From the NCBI GenBank assembly GCA_038893355.1, contig JAWARQ010000004.1, positions 1-64,000 on the forward strand: 64,000 nucleotides of DNA. Direction: 5' to 3'. The position numbers and the translations under genes were made by a program. Below, one piece after another: positions 1 through 13,360 of the stretch; position 1 is the first letter of the stretch; the number at the start of each line of letters is the position of its first letter. Origin of the DNA: Sulfolobaceae archaeon (lineage in GTDB: Archaea; Thermoproteota; Thermoprotei_A; Sulfolobales; Sulfolobaceae). Below the pieces are notes generated by a model, which saw nothing but the letters and a program-made list of their open reading frames with translations, searched no databases and was not told where the DNA came from.

Positions 1-2
1 CA

Positions 3-746
<744 letters not shown>

Positions 747-797
747 AGATAATGTATTATTATTATTTTTTTATCTGGCTATTCACTAATTTTATAG

Positions 798-1595
798 ATG
801 GATTATATTAAGCTAGCTGAAGAATTAGGTATAAATAAAAATATTGCTATAAAAATTTATAAAAGTTTTAATGGTGGATATTTTATTCAAATTTATTATT
901 CAAAACCACCTATTTTATATAAATTAAAAGATTGGCCTAAATTATATTTAAATTTTAAGAATTACTATCTCTTTAATAATATCGAGTCTGAAAAAGCGTT
1001 CTCGTTATTAGTATATATTGATATCTTTTCAATATACGGTATGTCGTATTACCTAAAACGGGAAAATCTAAACATAAATAAAATTATAAATGAAACTAAA
1101 GAAATTTTTAATAAAATTGAAGATAAAGCAAGTGAAACTAAAGTAAACTTCTATCCCAGATTCGTTGAAGATTTTCCGTATAATCTTAATATAAATCCTC
1201 TTATAAATGATCTTATCAGAAGAAGAGCTGAGGAAATTAATGGCGATTTAAGGACGTTATTGAACGAAATCGTCTATGATAGTAAAGTTATGGAAGAAGT
1301 AAGGAGAAAGTACCCATGGGCTAAAAGTATAAGAAGGGAAAATTCTATAAAGGCTATATCATTAGCGGGGATGCTGGATTCTTTAATTAAGTTCGAATTT
1401 AATACCTTCCTATATTTAATATTCTCTAAATCACTATACTTTGATGAATTAGTAACATCAACTTCAATTACTAATACTATAAATATCATTAACAGCATAG
1501 ATATTAATAATATATCAAGAATTAATAATGAAAAGATAAAAAACCAAATAGATAACTTATTAAAGACAATTAAGGAAATTGCAACATATTATTAA
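798..1595 (+). CDS. Hypothetical protein
   Basis: 265-aa ORF with genome-typical codon use; no motif recognised. Confidence 0.7.
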   Translation: MDYIKLAEELGINKNIAIKIYKSFNGGYFIQIYYSKPPILYKLKDWPKLYLNFKNYYLFNNIESEKAFSLLVYIDIFSIYGMSYYLKRENLNINKIINETKEIFNKIEDKASETKVNFYPRFVEDFPYNLNINPLINDLIRRRAEEINGDLRTLLNEIVYDSKVMEEVRRKYPWAKSIRRENSIKAISLAGMLDSLIKFEFNTFLYLIFSKSLYFDELVTSTSITNTINIINSIDINNISRINNEKIKNQIDNLLKTIKEIATYY

Positions 1596-1598
1596 TTT

Positions 1599-2408
1599 TT
1601 ACTTTATCTTTATAATTACTGGCGGATTTCTCTTGTGTTCAGAAGTTCTAACCATTAGATCTACTTTTTGGACAACGCTTTCAGATACTCCTAATTTTCT
1701 AGCAGTATTTACTACACTATAACCCTTTTCGTACCTTAACAGCAAAATTGAATCAATTAGTTCATAACTCATTCCTAACTCTTCCTCAGCCTTATGACCT
1801 GGCCATAATGCAGGAGAACTAGGCTTTTTCACAATTTCCTCTGGTACTCCAAGGTACTTGCCTAATAATCTAACTTGAGTCTTATATAAATCTCCAATCG
1901 GTAAAACATCGACACCACCATCTCCGTATTTTGTAAAGTAACCTATCATCAATTCACTTTTATCGCCAGAACCTACCACTAGATAATCTAAATCATGTGC
2001 TACAGAATATAATAAAATCATCCTAGTTCTTGCCTTTATATTTCCTATATTTACTTTATCATTTGTTTTAACTTTTTTTGATATCAAATTTACAATATCG
2101 TCTATCTCTATTACTTCATACTTATCTTCAGCACCTATCATTTTTATTACTTTTAAAGCATCTTCTATATCTTTTTTAGGTGTACTTTCACTTGGCATTA
2201 GAAGTATTTTATAATTTTGTGTTGCTTTACTTAGCAAAATCGAAGTAACTGTAGAATCAATACCGCCACTTAACCCTACAACACCGCCCTTTTTTCCACT
2301 AATTTTTATATATTCTCTTAATTTTTCCACTATATGATTCGTTACTTTTTCGAAATCAAGCTGAAACTCCCTTAAAACCTCTTGAGGTATATTTATACTA
2401 ATTACCAT
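1599..2408 (-). CDS. nadE: NH3-dependent NAD+ synthetase
   Basis: GLSGGIDS PP-loop, NIKARTRM, GYFTKYGDGG, SEHKR; ATG at 2408 chosen as start. Confidence 0.95.
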   Translation of the reverse strand: MVISINIPQEVLREFQLDFEKVTNHIVEKLREYIKISGKKGGVVGLSGGIDSTVTSILLSKATQNYKILLMPSESTPKKDIEDALKVIKMIGAEDKYEVIEIDDIVNLISKKVKTNDKVNIGNIKARTRMILLYSVAHDLDYLVVGSGDKSELMIGYFTKYGDGGVDVLPIGDLYKTQVRLLGKYLGVPEEIVKKPSSPALWPGHKAEEELGMSYELIDSILLLRYEKGYSVVNTARKLGVSESVVQKVDLMVRTSEHKRNPPVIIKIK

Positions 2409-2613
2409 GACAATCTTTATAATCACTATCCTTTTTTATAAACTTAACGAACTATAACATTGAATAGTGTTTATTCATATATTTTTTCTAAAATATAAAT
2501 TTTTAAAAATTTACGTATATAGATTTAAAAATTTACCATTTTACTCTTTAAATAACTTATAAAAAGAGATATAAGAGAAGCTATTATATGCCTCAATATA
2601 TATACTACCTATT

Positions 2614-3960
2614 ATGATCGAACTTTTAAAATATGCAGAATCACAGGGAGCTTCTTTTGCAGACATAAGAGGTTATAATATTAAAACGCTTACGTTAATC
2701 TCTACCGAGAATAGAGACATAATAACTAACTATGGTAATTCAATAGGATATAATATTAGAGTACTATATAACGGAAATTGGGGATATTCTTCTGTATCAA
2801 GAGAGCCTACAAGAGAAGATATAATTAATGCAATAAAAAGTTCGATAGGTGATGAAAAGGTCAATATTGCATTCTTACCACAAAAAAGAGATAAAGTTAA
2901 AATATCACAAAAGATACCAATAACAAAAACACCACAAGAAATACTTTTAGATATAAAGAAATTAAAGAATACTATAGTTAACTCAGAAAGAAGTATAAAA
3001 TCGATAACAGTAAGATATTATCAAGTTGAACAAAGGAAGGAGTATTATAGTTCAGAGGATAGAGAGATTGAGCAAGAGTATACTCTATCTGGATTATCCG
3101 TCTCGGTAGTAGCAAGGGAGGGAGACAAAATTGTCTCAGCATATAACTCAGTAGCAACTTATTTAGGATATCCGATAGAATTTTTTGATATGAATGATTT
3201 TATCGAAATAATAATAAAAAGAGTTAAAAATCAACTTAAAGGAATTATTCCTAAATCTGGTGAATTTCCAGTAGTACTTGCCCCAGATGTCTCTGGCGTT
3301 TTTGCTCATGAAGCTTTAGGCCATCTCGCTGAAGCTGATTTAGCAGTCAATGGTATATTAGGAAAAATAAGAGGAAAAAAGATAACTAGAGATTTCGTTT
3401 CTGTTTCAGATTCTCCAAATCCAAATCATCCAGAGGCTATTGGAATAACTATTTATGACGATGAAGGTGTTGAAGGAAGAACTGTGAATATTGTTGAAAA
3501 CGGAATTGTTAAGGAATTTTTAAATGATAGATTTTATTCTGCATATTTGGGTCTAAAACCTTCAGGAAACGGTAGGGCAGAAGATTTTAGAAGTAACATT
3601 TTAATAAGAATGAGGAATACATACTTTAATCCAGGGACTTTTAAATATGAGGAATTATTTGAAGGTATAAAGGAGGGATATTATATGGTTTCGGTATTAG
3701 GTGGACAAACTAATATCGATGGTACATTTCAGTTTGGAATTCAAGAGGGATACAGAATTGTTAATGGAGAAATTAGAGAACCATTAAGAAACGTAGGAAT
3801 AGCTGGATACACTATAGAAACATTAAGTCAAATAACCCGTATTTCTAAAGATATAGAATTTAAGCCAGGCTATTGTGGTAAATCTGGACAAAGTGTACCA
3901 GTAGGTACTGGTGGTCCTTACGTAAGAGTTGAAAGGATGAAGGTAGGTGGTATTGCATGA
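2614..3960 (+). CDS. tldD: TldD metalloprotease subunit
   Basis: HEALGH metal motif, DDEG, RMRNTY, CGKSGQSVPVG. Confidence 0.92.
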   Translation: MIELLKYAESQGASFADIRGYNIKTLTLISTENRDIITNYGNSIGYNIRVLYNGNWGYSSVSREPTREDIINAIKSSIGDEKVNIAFLPQKRDKVKISQKIPITKTPQEILLDIKKLKNTIVNSERSIKSITVRYYQVEQRKEYYSSEDREIEQEYTLSGLSVSVVAREGDKIVSAYNSVATYLGYPIEFFDMNDFIEIIIKRVKNQLKGIIPKSGEFPVVLAPDVSGVFAHEALGHLAEADLAVNGILGKIRGKKITRDFVSVSDSPNPNHPEAIGITIYDDEGVEGRTVNIVENGIVKEFLNDRFYSAYLGLKPSGNGRAEDFRSNILIRMRNTYFNPGTFKYEELFEGIKEGYYMVSVLGGQTNIDGTFQFGIQEGYRIVNGEIREPLRNVGIAGYTIETLSQITRISKDIEFKPGYCGKSGQSVPVGTGGPYVRVERMKVGGIA

Positions 3961-5198
3961 ATATTCATAGTTTAGTTACTCTCGCGAAGCAATTAGGAAT
4001 TCAGGCTGAAGTATTTTATATTAAGGTAAAGAGTACTGAATTATCTAAAGAAAAACAATATTATGGAATGTTTAATTATGAAGAAGGATTAGGAGTCAGA
4101 GTTATAAAGGATAAAAGAATGGGATTTAGTTACGGTAATAAGCTAGACTATAGGTTATTAGATATGGCAATTGAAGCTTCTAAGGTAGTTGAGGCTGATG
4201 AAGCAAATCAATTACCTTCTCCAGAACCTATTCAAAGTGATACTCAATACTATTACTCTGAACTTGAGGAACCTACAGAAATTTTAAAGGAACATATGAA
4301 CCATGTTCTTTCCTATAGCGATCAAGTTAATTTAACTAGTGTAAAAGTAGGTGGAGGAATCGTTGAAGTAAGTATAGTAAATACTGAAGGAATCGATGTA
4401 AGCCAAAAATTTTCTTACGTTTATGTAGGAATAGAGGCAAATTATATTAAGGATGTAGTTACTCCTGAAGTTTACGAATATATAGAATCAAGAAGACCTG
4501 TAAATAAGGAAATCAAAAAGATTATGGAAAAAATTATAAATAAAATTGAAATGATAAAAAAGAGAAGAAGATTAGAGAGAAAAGTCGATTTAGTTGTCTT
4601 AACGCCTAAGGCAGTCAATGAATTATTCTCTCCATTATTTTCACATGCAATTTCTCTTGAAAATTTATATAGAGGAAAAACCCCATTAAGAGAAAATGAA
4701 GATCTCGGGAAAAAAATAACAATATACGATGATCCTAAATATCCAGACTCCACATATAGTAGACCATTTGATGGTGAAGGGCTTCCTACTAATAAGATAG
4801 AATTAATTAGAAACGGGATAGTTAAGAACTTTTTATCAAATACGTATTGGTCTATAAGGGCAAATAAGCCTAATACTCATTCATCAAATAGAACGTATAT
4901 GTCGATTCCAACAATCTCTACATCAAATATTATTATCGAATTAGATAAAATTTCTGATTTAGGCGATGCTATATATATCGATCAACTACAAGGTGTCCAT
5001 ACCAGTGATTATGATAGCGGATACTTCAGCGTTACTGCATCTGTGGCTTGGGACAAGGAAGGAGGACTTAGAGAACTAGTAGTAACTGGTGACCTAAAAA
5101 CTTTGATAAGGAATATCTTAGGCGGATATGGCGATATCGAAAGATATGGTAAATGTGTAGTACCAAATATTGTGGTATCAAATTTAAATGTCATTTAA
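3957..5198 (+). CDS. tldE: TldE/PmbA subunit
   Basis: Overlaps tldD stop (ATGA); GVRVIKD, RPFDGEG; lacks HExxxH. Confidence 0.85.
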   Translation: MNIHSLVTLAKQLGIQAEVFYIKVKSTELSKEKQYYGMFNYEEGLGVRVIKDKRMGFSYGNKLDYRLLDMAIEASKVVEADEANQLPSPEPIQSDTQYYYSELEEPTEILKEHMNHVLSYSDQVNLTSVKVGGGIVEVSIVNTEGIDVSQKFSYVYVGIEANYIKDVVTPEVYEYIESRRPVNKEIKKIMEKIINKIEMIKKRRRLERKVDLVVLTPKAVNELFSPLFSHAISLENLYRGKTPLRENEDLGKKITIYDDPKYPDSTYSRPFDGEGLPTNKIELIRNGIVKNFLSNTYWSIRANKPNTHSSNRTYMSIPTISTSNIIIELDKISDLGDAIYIDQLQGVHTSDYDSGYFSVTASVAWDKEGGLRELVVTGDLKTLIRNILGGYGDIERYGKCVVPNIVVSNLNVI

Positions 5199-5237
5199 AT
5201 TTATAAATTATTAAAAGAAATAAGTTGTCTATTTCTA

Positions 5238-5251
5238 GAAAAGTTTTTATA
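5238..5251 (+). promoter_or_regulatory. BRE + TATA box of the probably leaderless USP gene
   Basis: GAAAAG-TTTTTATA, with the TATA box at -30 to -23 from ATG 5274. Confidence 0.65.
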
Positions 5252-5273
5252 TACGTTTTAATAAAGCTATATC

Positions 5274-5699
5274 ATGTTTAAACACATTTTAGTAGCATAT
5301 GATGGTTCTGAATATTCTAAAAAGGCATTAAATGTTGCAATAGATCTAGCAAAAAGGTATGGGGCTAAATTAGATATAATAGAGGTAATAGATACTGCAG
5401 CTCTTCTAAGCCTTGGCATTGCGCCTATTCCAGATAATGTATTACGATCAATACAAGATAAGGTAAAGGCTGATATAGAGGAGGCTGAAAAGAAAGCCAG
5501 AGAAGCGGGTGTTGAGGCTAAGGGATTAGTAGTAGAAGGAGAACCTGCAGCTAGTATAATAGAATATGCTTTAAAAAATAATGTAGATTTAATAGTTACT
5601 GGTAGTAGAGGTCTTTCAACGATTAAGAGAATATTTCTAGGTAGTGTGTCTACTAAGATCTTAAATGAGTCTAAAGTTCCTGTGCTAGTAGTAAAATAA
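5274..5699 (+). CDS. Universal stress protein (UspA family)
   Basis: ILVAYDGSE, DLIVTGSRG..FLGSVS, PVLVVK. Confidence 0.95.
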   Translation: MFKHILVAYDGSEYSKKALNVAIDLAKRYGAKLDIIEVIDTAALLSLGIAPIPDNVLRSIQDKVKADIEEAEKKAREAGVEAKGLVVEGEPAASIIEYALKNNVDLIVTGSRGLSTIKRIFLGSVSTKILNESKVPVLVVK

Positions 5700-5701
5700 G
5701 A

Positions 5702-8091
<2,390 letters not shown>

Positions 8092-8198
8092 GAAGGCTCT
8101 AGTACTAATCATAGCTTAAAAAGCTTTTTTGCATTATACCTTAAAGCTTTATCAAACATGGATTGAATATTTATCATTACTTTTATGTAAGTTTATAT

Positions 8199-8321
8199 TT
8201 TGTAACTTACAAATTTGGAATCTTTCTATCTAATTATACAGCATAAATCTTATAATTTAATTTTTAAATAAAATTTAATATAAAATATTTTAAATATAAG
8301 CTAATTGTGAGATTCTTACAA
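8199..8321. promoter_or_regulatory. Two related palindromes (candidate operators) between divergent genes
   Basis: TTTGTAA-C-TTACAAA (8199-8213) and TTGTGAGA-T-TCTTACAA (8305-8321). Confidence 0.35.
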
Positions 8322-8412
8322 CAATCTCCTAAATGATGATATATGTATAAATAGCTCTTTAAAAAGCAAAATATTTTTAATTTATAAATATGAATTATAG
8401 TTAGTGTGAAAG

Positions 8413-9333
8413 ATGAAAAATGGTGAATATTCTTTTAAAAGAATAAATATTGAATTCAACTCCGAAGGAGTGAAATTAAGAGGGTGGTTATATCTTCCAG
8501 AGAGTGAAACTAAGTTACCGGGTATAGTAATGGCACATGGATTCTCAGCAGTTAAAGAAATGTATCTTGATAACTTTGCAGAAGTCTTTGCTAAGTCTGG
8601 CTTTGTGGTTCTAGTTTACGATAATAGAAATTTTGGAGAAAGTGAGGGCGAACCCAGGCAAGAAATAGATCCATGGCAACAAGTTAAGGATTATAGGTAC
8701 GCAATATCTTATTTAAGGCAACTACAATATGTTGATCCAAACAGAATTGGAATATGGGGGACAAGCTATAGTGGAGGACATGTTATAGTAGTTGGAGCAT
8801 TAGATAAAAGAGTAAAAGCAATAGTATCTCAAGTTCCTCTGGTAAGTGGGTCTGAGAATCTAAAAAGGCTAGTAAGGAATGATATGATACCTCAATTAAG
8901 AGCTATGTTTGCCGAAGATTACGAGAGGAGACTTAGAGGTGAAAGTCCCTTAATGATCCCAGTAGTATGTAAGAGCCCGCCTGAAGTTTGTGCTTTACCT
9001 ACTTCTGATTCTTATGAATGGTTTATAGAAACTAGTAAGAAAAGAGCGCCTAATTGGAAAAATGAGGTTACGTTAAGAAGTGTAGAATATTTATCTATGT
9101 ATGAACCTATTAACTACATAAAACAAGTTAGCCCGACACCGTTAATGTTAATTGTAGCTGAAAATGACGTATTAACACCTACCGATCTCGCACTAGAAGC
9201 TTATGAACGTGCATTACCCCCAAAAGAATTGTATATACTTCCTGGTGGTCATTTTGATGCTTATGTGAAGGAATTCGAAAAATCAAGCAAAACTGCATTA
9301 AATTTCTTCTTACAACATTTAGCTAAGAAATAA
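8413..9333 (+). CDS. Alpha/beta hydrolase (peptidase S15/S9-like)
   Basis: MAHGF, GESEGEPRQ, nucleophile GTSYSGG, Asp in ENDVL, GGHF. Confidence 0.88.
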   Translation: MKNGEYSFKRINIEFNSEGVKLRGWLYLPESETKLPGIVMAHGFSAVKEMYLDNFAEVFAKSGFVVLVYDNRNFGESEGEPRQEIDPWQQVKDYRYAISYLRQLQYVDPNRIGIWGTSYSGGHVIVVGALDKRVKAIVSQVPLVSGSENLKRLVRNDMIPQLRAMFAEDYERRLRGESPLMIPVVCKSPPEVCALPTSDSYEWFIETSKKRAPNWKNEVTLRSVEYLSMYEPINYIKQVSPTPLMLIVAENDVLTPTDLALEAYERALPPKELYILPGGHFDAYVKEFEKSSKTALNFFLQHLAKK

Positions 9334-9450
9334 TTATTATATTTTTAGAGTAATTTATTATAAAAAATTAAATTGAGATTTATTTATACAGATTTTATAG
9401 TTCCAAGCTTTCCATGCAATATTTCTTAATAAGTTTTATTTACTTATGAA

Positions 9451-9950
9451 CTGATTTCTACTTACTCTAAATTACAAGTTTATCTCACAAATTCGAGTTT
9501 ACAACTCATCTGAAGAGCCGTCGATAGAGTTAAGAACCTTCTCCCACTGTTAAAGAGACCTAAATCTGTTAGAGCTAGGCAAGTAGTGCCTCTAACTAAG
9601 GTTAATGATCACAATAAAATCATGATATTCTCATATAACTGTAATTATACATAATTAACCATAAAAATATTTAATTTTGACAATCTTTTGCTTAGATTTA
9701 GTGCAGATTATGAGGAGTATTTAAGATTAACATATTCGACCATATGTTCCTAAGCTTTAGAGAAAGGCCCTTAATATGCTTAATCATTTCCTTTAGGTTC
9801 TCTAACTTAATAGAATTAGCCTTAAATAACTAGAAATATCGATAGCCTGTAGAATTTAACTAGTATCTCTTGAGACCTTGATTATTGTTTTGTATAAAAT
9901 ATATGTTTAGATTATATGGCCTTAAAATGGTTTTAACATATGCTAATTAT
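9451..9950 (-). mobile_element. tnpB: Decayed IS200/IS605-family tnpB 3' half and right end
   Basis: Minus-strand fragments with stops and frameshifts: ANSIKLENLKEMIK, VEYVNLKYSS, YEN.HDFIVIINL, GRRFLTLSTALQM, ending ...AATCAG. They follow the order of the Sulfolobales TnpB C-terminus as recalled (ANVIKLENLK..VEFVNPSYSS..YENDRDVIA.NLNGRGSLTLSTAPQM). Upper boundary approximate. Confidence 0.75.
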
Positions 9951-10055
9951 AAAAAAGAATAACACTAGTGAAACTATTAAATATATTTGACCAAATTAAC
10001 CTAGTTCGATATGAGTGAAATTTATTTGCTCTAAATCAAATTAGGATAAGAGAGA

Positions 10056-10472
10056 ATGTATAGAAACGAGTTTGAATTAATATTAAAAACTACTAATTTC
10101 GATAAATTGCTTAATATCTTATCTAACCCTTTATATATAATAGAAAAATTAATAAATATTAAAGAATTTTTTCAGATAAATATTAATAAATATAAGGCAA
10201 AAATTGGTAGTATTGGGTCTATAGAAATTGAAATTGATAAGGAGCTTATAAAAACCGGAAGATCTTTTATGTTAAGATACTTATTAAGAAGAGAATCTTT
10301 TCCTAAATTATTTTGTAAAATAGAAATTTATGGAATAATTAAAGGAAATGATATAAGTTTAAAAGTTATTTACGAAAGAGAAAATTCATTATTTAATTTT
10401 TTATATGATTTAAAGGATTTAAACGAAGATATTATTAAGAAATTGTTTAATAATAATGAGTTATTATCTTAA
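10056..10472 (+). CDS. Hypothetical protein (possible SRPBCC/CoxG-like fold)
   Basis: 138-aa ORF; N-terminal LLNILSNP pattern weakly resembles SRPBCC proteins. Confidence 0.55.
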   Translation: MYRNEFELILKTTNFDKLLNILSNPLYIIEKLINIKEFFQININKYKAKIGSIGSIEIEIDKELIKTGRSFMLRYLLRRESFPKLFCKIEIYGIIKGNDISLKVIYERENSLFNFLYDLKDLNEDIIKKLFNNNELLS

Positions 10473-10528
10473 TAATTTCAATTATTAGTCTACTAAAATT
10501 TATATCTCGTCTATCTAAATCTATAATT

Positions 10529-11758
10529 ATGATTAAGATTCCAGAAGATGGAGAACCCATCTCATATAAATCAGGAAATTTGATTGTACCTAATAAGCCG
10601 ATAATATTATACATAGAGGGTGACGGAATAGGACCAGAAATAACACAGGCAGCAATAAAGGTAATAAATAAGGCTGTTGAAAGGGCGTATAAATCTTCTA
10701 GAGAGATTAAATGGGTTGAAGTACTTGCAGGTGAGAAGGCAGAAAGGATTTTAGGGAATAGGTTTCCAGAAGAAACTCAAAAGTTATTAGAAAAATATAG
10801 GATAGTTCTTAAAGGTCCTTTAGAAACTCCAATAGGTAAAGGATGGAGATCAATTAACGTTGCGATAAGAATGATGTTAGACTTATACGCAAATATAAGA
10901 CCTGTAAAATATATTCCTGGACTGGAAAGCCCGATTAAGAACCCTGAGAAGGTAGATATGATAATATTTAGAGAGAATACCGATGATCTATATAGAGGTA
11001 TAGAATACTCTTTTGATAGTGAAGAAGCAAAGAAGATTAGGGAATTCCTTAGGAGAGAATTAAAAGTAGAGATTGAAGAAGATACTGGAATAGGAATAAA
11101 AGTTATAAGTAAGTATAAAACCCAAAGGATTACAAGATTAGCAATAAAATATGCGATAGAAAATAAGAGAAGAAAAATTACTATAATGCATAAGGGTAAC
11201 GTAATGAAATACACTGAAGGTGCATTTAGAGAATGGGCTTATGAAGTAGCACTTAAAGAATTTAGGGATTTCGTAGTAACAGAAGAAGAAATACAACAAG
11301 ATCCAAAAAAAGGTGAGGGTAAAATAATTATAAACGATAGAATAGCAGACAATATGTTCCAACAAATAATAACGAGGCCAGATGAGTATGATATAATTCT
11401 AGCGCCCAATGTTAATGGTGATTTAATCTCAGACGCTGCAGGTGCATTAGTTGGTAATATTGGTATGCTCGGCGGTGCAAATATTGGAGATACAGGGGGA
11501 ATGTTTGAAGCAATACATGGTACTGCACCAAAATATGCAGGAAAAAATGTAGCTAACCCAACTGGAATAATTAGAGGTGGTGAGTTAATGTTAAGATTTA
11601 TAGGTTGGAGAGAAGCCGCTGACCTAATCGATAAGGCAATAATGGAGGCGATAAGGCAGAGAAAAGTAACTCAGGATCTTGCAAGATACTTTGGCGTAGC
11701 TCCATTAGGTACTAAAGAATATGCTGAAAGTCTATGTCAGATAATAGATACTTTATAA
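10529..11758 (+). CDS. icd: Isocitrate dehydrogenase (NADP)
   Basis: EGDGIGPEI, KGPLETP, FRENT, HKGNVMK, NGDLISD, EAIHGTAP. Confidence 0.97.
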   Translation: MIKIPEDGEPISYKSGNLIVPNKPIILYIEGDGIGPEITQAAIKVINKAVERAYKSSREIKWVEVLAGEKAERILGNRFPEETQKLLEKYRIVLKGPLETPIGKGWRSINVAIRMMLDLYANIRPVKYIPGLESPIKNPEKVDMIIFRENTDDLYRGIEYSFDSEEAKKIREFLRRELKVEIEEDTGIGIKVISKYKTQRITRLAIKYAIENKRRKITIMHKGNVMKYTEGAFREWAYEVALKEFRDFVVTEEEIQQDPKKGEGKIIINDRIADNMFQQIITRPDEYDIILAPNVNGDLISDAAGALVGNIGMLGGANIGDTGGMFEAIHGTAPKYAGKNVANPTGIIRGGELMLRFIGWREAADLIDKAIMEAIRQRKVTQDLARYFGVAPLGTKEYAESLCQIIDTL

Positions 11759-12205
11759 AGTTTTAACTTTTAAACTCCCCAGTTTTGGGGAAAAGAAAAC
11801 TATGAAACGTTTCATCTATACTGTAATATTGTCCTAGAGACACTCTGTAACAACAGTGTTTCTATTGTTTCAAAAGCGTATTAGTATATTGTTATCAATA
11901 TACATTATACAAATACAATAATTTTTGAAGATAATTTACTAGATTTGAAACATTGCCTGTATGCACTCTGTCTATTCGCCTTATGTATTACCTAGTATTC
12001 TTGTACTACTATTAATTGGTAATACAACAGAGATATTATTTAATTCAAAATTTTGTTTTAAAAACGGAAAAATATTACGGAAAAATACCGCATGAAACAT
12101 TGCATCTATACCGTAATATACTGTATTCCCATTATTGATTTGAACTAAGTACTACCATTGCATAGTGAGAAAACACCCTTTATTTCGAAAACGAAGCAAA
12201 CAAAT
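11759..12205. other. Probable chromosomal replication origin oriC2
   Basis: Non-coding, repeat-rich gap between icd and cdc6-3, the known Sulfolobus oriC2 context; several TGAAAC-core elements flank AT-rich stretches. Confidence 0.8.
11802..12119. repeat. Origin repeats: 28-bp direct repeat pair plus partial copies
   Basis: ATGAAACGTTTCATCTATACTGTAATAT (11802-11829) vs ATGAAACATTGCATCTATACCGTAATAT (12092-12119), 25/28 identical; TGAAACATTGC at 11946; ACGGAAAAATA twice (12064, 12077). Confidence 0.85.
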
Positions 12206-13354
12206 GTGATTAAAGAAACATTGAAGGGTGGAAAAGGAGAGGTTATAAAAAATCCTAGAGTATTTATAGAACCTTTAAGTGTATTTAGGGATATCCCTTT
12301 TAGAGAGGAGATACTTAAGGAAATAGCTACTGCTATAAGATATTTTGTGAAGAACGGAGTAAAGTTTTCTATGTTACTCTTAGGTTTAACTGGTACTGGA
12401 AAAACCTTAGTTGCACAGTACTTATATAATGAAATTGAAGCTGTAAAAAATGAGGATGAGCATTATTCTCTTTTAAGACAAGCATATGTAAATTGTAGAG
12501 AGGTTGGAGGTACTCCTCAAGCGGTGCTTTCTGCACTAACGGAAAGACTAACTAATTCTAGTGTGCCGAGACATGGAATAAACCTAGGAGAGTATGTAGA
12601 GAAAATAAAAGAATATATAAGGAATAAGAAGGCCATAATTTACTTAGATGAAGTAGACACTTTAGTTAAAAGAAGAGGTGGTGATATAGTTTTATATCAG
12701 TTATTAAGGGCTTCAGTGGATCTTTCTGTAATTATGATCAGTAACGATGTAAATATTAGGGATTATATGGAACCAAGGGTCTTATCATCGCTAGGACCTT
12801 CCATAATATTTAAGCCGTATGATGCGGATCAGTTGAGGTATATACTTATGAGATATGCAGAATATGGGCTTTATCCTGGAACTTACGACGAAGAGGTACT
12901 TAGTTATATAGCAGCTATATCTGCAAAGGAGCACGGTGATGCAAGAAAGGCTGTAAATCTATTGTTTAGAGCAGCACAGATTGCATCTGGAGAGGGCAGG
13001 ATAAAGAAAGAACATGTCGATAGAGCTATTGTTGAATATGAGCAAGAAAGATTACTAGAAGCAATTAAGGCTCTTCCATTTCATTATAAGTTAGCATTAA
13101 GGGCTGCAATTGATTCTGAAGATGTATTATCTGCACATAAAATCTATAGTGATCTATGTAATAAGTTTAAGCAGAAGCCTTTATCTTATAGAAGATTTTC
13201 TGATATAGTTTCTGAGCTGGATATGTTTGGTATATTAAAGATTAGATTAGTAAATAGGGGAAGGGCAGGAGGCATTAAAAAATATATTGAAATTGAGGAT
13301 AGAGAGAAGATTATTAAGGCTCTGGAGGAAGCTCTAAATTCTGAAAATGTGTGA
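12206..13354 (+). CDS. cdc6-3: ORC1/Cdc6 replication initiator Orc1-3
   Basis: Walker [35 protein letters not shown], w[24 protein letters not shown]; GTG 12206 preferred as start. Confidence 0.95.
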   Translation: MIKETLKGGKGEVIKNPRVFIEPLSVFRDIPFREEILKEIATAIRYFVKNGVKFSMLLLGLTGTGKTLVAQYLYNEIEAVKNEDEHYSLLRQAYVNCREVGGTPQAVLSALTERLTNSSVPRHGINLGEYVEKIKEYIRNKKAIIYLDEVDTLVKRRGGDIVLYQLLRASVDLSVIMISNDVNIRDYMEPRVLSSLGPSIIFKPYDADQLRYILMRYAEYGLYPGTYDEEVLSYIAAISAKEHGDARKAVNLLFRAAQIASGEGRIKKEHVDRAIVEYEQERLLEAIKALPFHYKLALRAAIDSEDVLSAHKIYSDLCNKFKQKPLSYRRFSDIVSELDMFGILKIRLVNRGRAGGIKKYIEIEDREKIIKALEEALNSENV

Positions 13355-13360
13355 ATTTGA

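Noticed and set aside
2614-5198. TldD/E as part of a RiPP cluster with the radical SAM gene
   Set aside because: More than 16 kb apart, separated by housekeeping genes, with no precursor peptide
8333-8345. ATGATGA C-box-like motif
   Set aside because: No D or D' box at suitable spacing
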